A stretch of DNA of 21,279 nt from an uncultured delta proteobacterium (GTDB lineage Bacteria; Desulfobacterota; Syntrophia; Syntrophales; UBA2185): positions 1 to 21,279 of the forward strand of contig CAVSPA010000008.1 of NCBI GenBank assembly GCA_963729715.1, written 5' to 3'. A model generated the notes under the pieces. That model did not search any database, had not been told where the DNA came from, and saw only the letters and a list, made by a program, of their open reading frames with translations. Positions 18,281 to 21,279 of this stretch are shown in pieces. Both the position numbers and the translations under genes were made by a program. Within the stretch, counting starts at the first letter, position 1. Each line of letters begins with the position of its first letter.

Positions 18281-19315
18281 CGGCGAGAAACTTTACTAGG
18301 GCGGAACTCAAACCGGCAAGTGTCAAGGATCTTCACGCCAAGATCGGGCAGTTATCGATGGAGAACGATTTTTTATCCGTCGCGCTCGGTCGCATCGACG
18401 ATGCGAGCGCAAAGCGATGATCGACAAGGGAGATAAACTTCCTGTGACACGGCAAGGCGATCTTCTGGATCTGAGCAGATCTGGCGTCTACTACACTCCG
18501 GTGCCTCTGAGCGCTAAAGACATAGAGCTTATGCGCCAGATCGACGAGATCCATTTAGCGTATCCGTTTTACGGAAGCCGGAAGATTCGCGACGAGCTGT
18601 GGGCAAGGGGCTATGAAGTTGGTCGTGACAGGGTGCGACGGCTGATGCGTAGGATGGGCATCGAGGCGCTGTACGTCAAACCGAAACTCTCGGCATCGCA
18701 TCCTGGGCATGTGAAGTATCCCTACCTTCTCCGCGGCATTGAGATCACGCGGGAAAACCATGTGTGGGCCGCCGACATAACTTACATTCCCATGGCAAAG
18801 GGATTCTGTTATCTTGTAGCGGTTATGGACTTGGCGAGCCGGATGGTGCTTTCCTGGCGGCTGTCCAACACACTGGACAGCACATTTTGTGTGGACGCCC
18901 TGGAAGAGGCTATCACCAGATACGGTTGCCCGGAGATATTCAACACGGACCAAGGCAGCCAGTTCACCGCGGAAGCATTCACGGATATCCTCCGTTCAAA
19001 TAGCATTTCAATCAGTATGGACGGAAAGAGCCGGTGGATGGACAACATTTTTATCGAACGGCTGTGGAAAAGCGTCAAGTATGAGGATATTTATCTGAAA
19101 GCGTATGATTCAATCGTGGAGGTTCAAAAAGGACTTGCCACCTATTTCACATTCTATAACGAAAAAAGATGGCATCAAAACTTTGACAGGAAGACCCCGG
19201 CTATGGTTTACTTCAGCACCCAACTGCAGAAACAGGCTGCAGCATGAACATCAACCCGGAGCAGTTTCCCACTTATAAATCCCTGTCCCCTGTCCTAAGA
19301 AACCAGACCACCTGT
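18281..19315 (+). mobile_element. Partial IS3-family element (orfA mostly missing)
   Basis: OrfA C-terminus VKDLHAKIGQLSMENDFL (18301-18420). Slippery T-run GATTTTTTA at 18367-18375. Intact orfB. Right-end-like CTGTCCTAAGAAACCAGACCACCTGT; no convincing left IR. Confidence 0.8.
18417..19247 (+). CDS. IS3-family transposase OrfB (DDE integrase domain)
   Basis: PFYGSRKI, WAADITY, FNTDQGSQFT, DNIFIERLWKSVKYE. Confidence 0.93.
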   Translation: MIDKGDKLPVTRQGDLLDLSRSGVYYTPVPLSAKDIELMRQIDEIHLAYPFYGSRKIRDELWARGYEVGRDRVRRLMRRMGIEALYVKPKLSASHPGHVKYPYLLRGIEITRENHVWAADITYIPMAKGFCYLVAVMDLASRMVLSWRLSNTLDSTFCVDALEEAITRYGCPEIFNTDQGSQFTAEAFTDILRSNSISISMDGKSRWMDNIFIERLWKSVKYEDIYLKAYDSIVEVQKGLATYFTFYNEKRWHQNFDRKTPAMVYFSTQLQKQAAA

Positions 19316-19323
19316 GATATCTC

Positions 19324-19421
19324 GCTATCCAGACGAGATCATATTCTGTTTTATAGATAGCATGGGCACTTTTACGATATCTCATGCCCTATCATACCAA
19401 ATACTCACTCGTCTGGATAGC
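19324..19421. other. Long imperfect hairpin closed by a perfect 14-bp inverted repeat
   Basis: GCTATCCAGACGAG (19324-19337) pairs with CTCGTCTGGATAGC (19408-19421). Inner stems GATAG/CTATC and CATGGG/CTCATG. Confidence 0.6.
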
Positions 19422-19429
19422 CACTACAT

Positions 19430-19453
19430 CACCAGACAGGAGTCTGGTGTTTT
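19430..19453 (+). terminator. Intrinsic-terminator-like hairpin
   Basis: CACCAGAC-AGGA-GTCTGGTG followed by TTTT. Confidence 0.55.
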
Positions 19454-19914
19454 ATGTGGCTCAATAAAGACTCACTTATTCTCACTTTTCAAATTGTAAT
19501 ATTCAAGTAGTTTTTAAGTGAATATTGCTGTGTAAGAGCGGCAACGCGTCCATGACAATTACCAGCGGGTTAATACAGAGCGTTATTCTCTTTCAACTAG
19601 TAATCTTCAACTCTGACAACGCCCCAACACTAAACAGTAGTGGGTGACATGACTGATGGCTCTGCTTCTTCCTTGTAATCCTCGAATTTTCAATTCCGAT
19701 TCCCATGCAAGACTTCTAATGGTAATAATTAAAATGCAACACAATAGAAAAAATGATATACTAAAAAAAAGTGGTACGGCCGTAAAACCAGGCTGCAAAC
19801 GGAGAAAATAAAACCCAACCCACATATGTGGAGAAGCCGGTCTACCGGACTCAAGCAGGGTCGAACCTCTCAAAGTCAAGGTAAAACCCATCGAGAAATG
19901 AAAGGAGGTCAGTC

Positions 19915-20682
19915 ATGTCGGATATATATCCAGTAATCCCAGTAATCGTACTGGTTGTTCTGGTTGTCATGTTCCTATCGGCGGCCATCAGGATCCTCAA
20001 CGAGTATCAACGGGCCGTTATCTTCCGTCTCGGGAGGGTGATTGACACGAAAGGCCCAGGCCTTATCATCCTGATACCGATCGTGGACAGAATGGTCAGG
20101 ATCGACATGCGGACGATCACGATGGATGTCCCCCCACAGGACGTGATCACACGGGACAACATATCAATCAAGGTCAACGCCGTCGTTTATTTCAAGGTCA
20201 TGGATGCGAACGATGCCGTGATTAATGTGGAGAATTACCTTTATGCCACCTCCCAGCTTGCCCAGACCACCTTACGGAGCGTCTGCGGCCAAGTGGAGCT
20301 CGACGAACTCCTCTCGCAGCGCGAGAAGATCAATATCCAGATCCAGGAGATCCTGGATCGGAGCACCGAACCTTGGGGGATCAAGGTTTCTCACGTCGAG
20401 GTCAAGCAGATCGATCTGCCCGAGGAGATGAAGCGGGCCATTGCCAAACAAGCCGAAGCGGAGAGAGAGCGCCGGGCGAAGGTCATCAGCGCGGAAGGGG
20501 AGTTCCAGGCCGCCCAGAAGCTGATCGAAGCTGCCGCACTTATGGAGACGCAGCCGATGTCCTTACAGCTCCGGTACCTGCAGACCTTGAATCAGATCGC
20601 AGCTGAGAATAACTCTACAACACTCTTCCCCATCCCGATCGATCTGTTCAAACCGTTCCTGAAGTTGGCAGAAAAGAGCTGA
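19915..20682 (+). CDS. SPFH-domain stomatin-like (slipin) membrane protein
   Basis: N-terminal TM helix. [67 protein letters not shown]. Confidence 0.95.
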   Translation: MSDIYPVIPVIVLVVLVVMFLSAAIRILNEYQRAVIFRLGRVIDTKGPGLIILIPIVDRMVRIDMRTITMDVPPQDVITRDNISIKVNAVVYFKVMDANDAVINVENYLYATSQLAQTTLRSVCGQVELDELLSQREKINIQIQEILDRSTEPWGIKVSHVEVKQIDLPEEMKRAIAKQAEAERERRAKVISAEGEFQAAQKLIEAAALMETQPMSLQLRYLQTLNQIAAENNSTTLFPIPIDLFKPFLKLAEKS

Positions 20683-20813
20683 ATGTGCATGAGACGGTGA
20701 GGGTTTAAGACTCCCCCTCGTCAATATGCCTATGATTCTGTTTCCTGATACAATATTTCAGCTGGAAATACTTATCAGCCTCCTCGGAACAGTAAGGCAC
20801 TTAGGAGAAGAAC

Positions 20814-21164
20814 ATGGAGAACTATAAGGTTATTCAACCCGATGATCGGAAGTGGGACCCTCATCCGCAACTGCCCGGCGTTGAAGTCGCATATCTCGTG
20901 TCCAAACGAGGGGACAAGGTTGACATTACATGCGCTCTTGTTCACCTCCCGGTCGGGTCGCACGTAGAGAAGCACTTACACGAGAACTCGGACGACATCA
21001 TCTATGTGCTGAAGGGCAAGGCCAAGATGTGGGTCGATTGCATCGGAGACGTGCCGCTGGTTGCGGGAACCTTTCTAAGAATTCCGAAAGGGACGCTGCA
21101 CCAGCCACATGACATCGAAGAAGACTTCGTAGCCCACGACACCTGGTATCCTGCACTCGTCTGA
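20814..21164 (+). CDS. Cupin-domain protein
   Basis: Cupin motif 1 GSHVEKHLHENSDDIIYVLKG and motif 2 GTFLRIPKGTLH; RBS AGGAG. Confidence 0.88.
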   Translation: MENYKVIQPDDRKWDPHPQLPGVEVAYLVSKRGDKVDITCALVHLPVGSHVEKHLHENSDDIIYVLKGKAKMWVDCIGDVPLVAGTFLRIPKGTLHQPHDIEEDFVAHDTWYPALV

Positions 21165-21279
21165 TCTACTACATCAAGACAGTGATAAGAACGGGCGCAT
21201 TCTTTAGTCCTGGCATTGATATTAGCCGTCAGAGCGATCAATATGAGGAGTAGGTAACAGCTAATGAAAAAGTCATTAG

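Noticed and set aside
19479..19489. TTCTCACTTTT also present at about 20-30
   Set aside because: An 11-bp low-complexity match is expected by chance in 21 kb.
19607..19891. Hydrophobic 94-aa minus-strand ORF
   Set aside because: The hydrophobicity follows from A-rich + strand tracts; no RBS or family motif. It cannot be excluded without a homology search.
21212..21227. TGGCATTGATATTAGC as a sigma54 promoter
   Set aside because: GG-to-GC spacing is 11 nt rather than the strict 10.
1..21279. CRISPR arrays, tRNA/rRNA genes, integron attC arrays, selenocysteine read-through
   Set aside because: I saw no regularly spaced repeats, cloverleafs or rRNA-like tracts, and no in-frame TGA at a catalytic Cys position.

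Overview
Anaerobic-bacterium-type metabolic region. The protein families suggest a Desulfobacterota/Syntrophales-like host, but this is an inference. Nearly all genes are on the + strand and concern short-chain carboxylate/acyl-CoA metabolism. In order: a thiolase; a lipoprotein tetraheme cytochrome c plus a Tat-exported flavocytochrome-c flavin subunit with a non-fumarate active site; an AtoE-type transporter; and a PAS-AAA+-Fis sigma54 activator whose Walker A Lys is replaced by Glu. Downstream of the activator are three palindromic enhancer boxes and a consensus sigma54 promoter. These precede family I and family III CoA-transferases, a GntP permease, a CopZ-like protein, a small membrane protein, a MaoC hydratase-2 and an SCP2-type thiolase/DUF35 pair. 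The window ends with a stomatin-like gene and a cupin. Two decayed IS elements are present. The first is an IS110/IS1111-type element with a frameshifted recombinase, but with readable sub-terminal IRs, a 3-nt core and a two-hairpin bridge/seekRNA candidate. The second is an IS3-family element missing most of orfA; an unexplained ~130-nt structured element lies just outside its right end.
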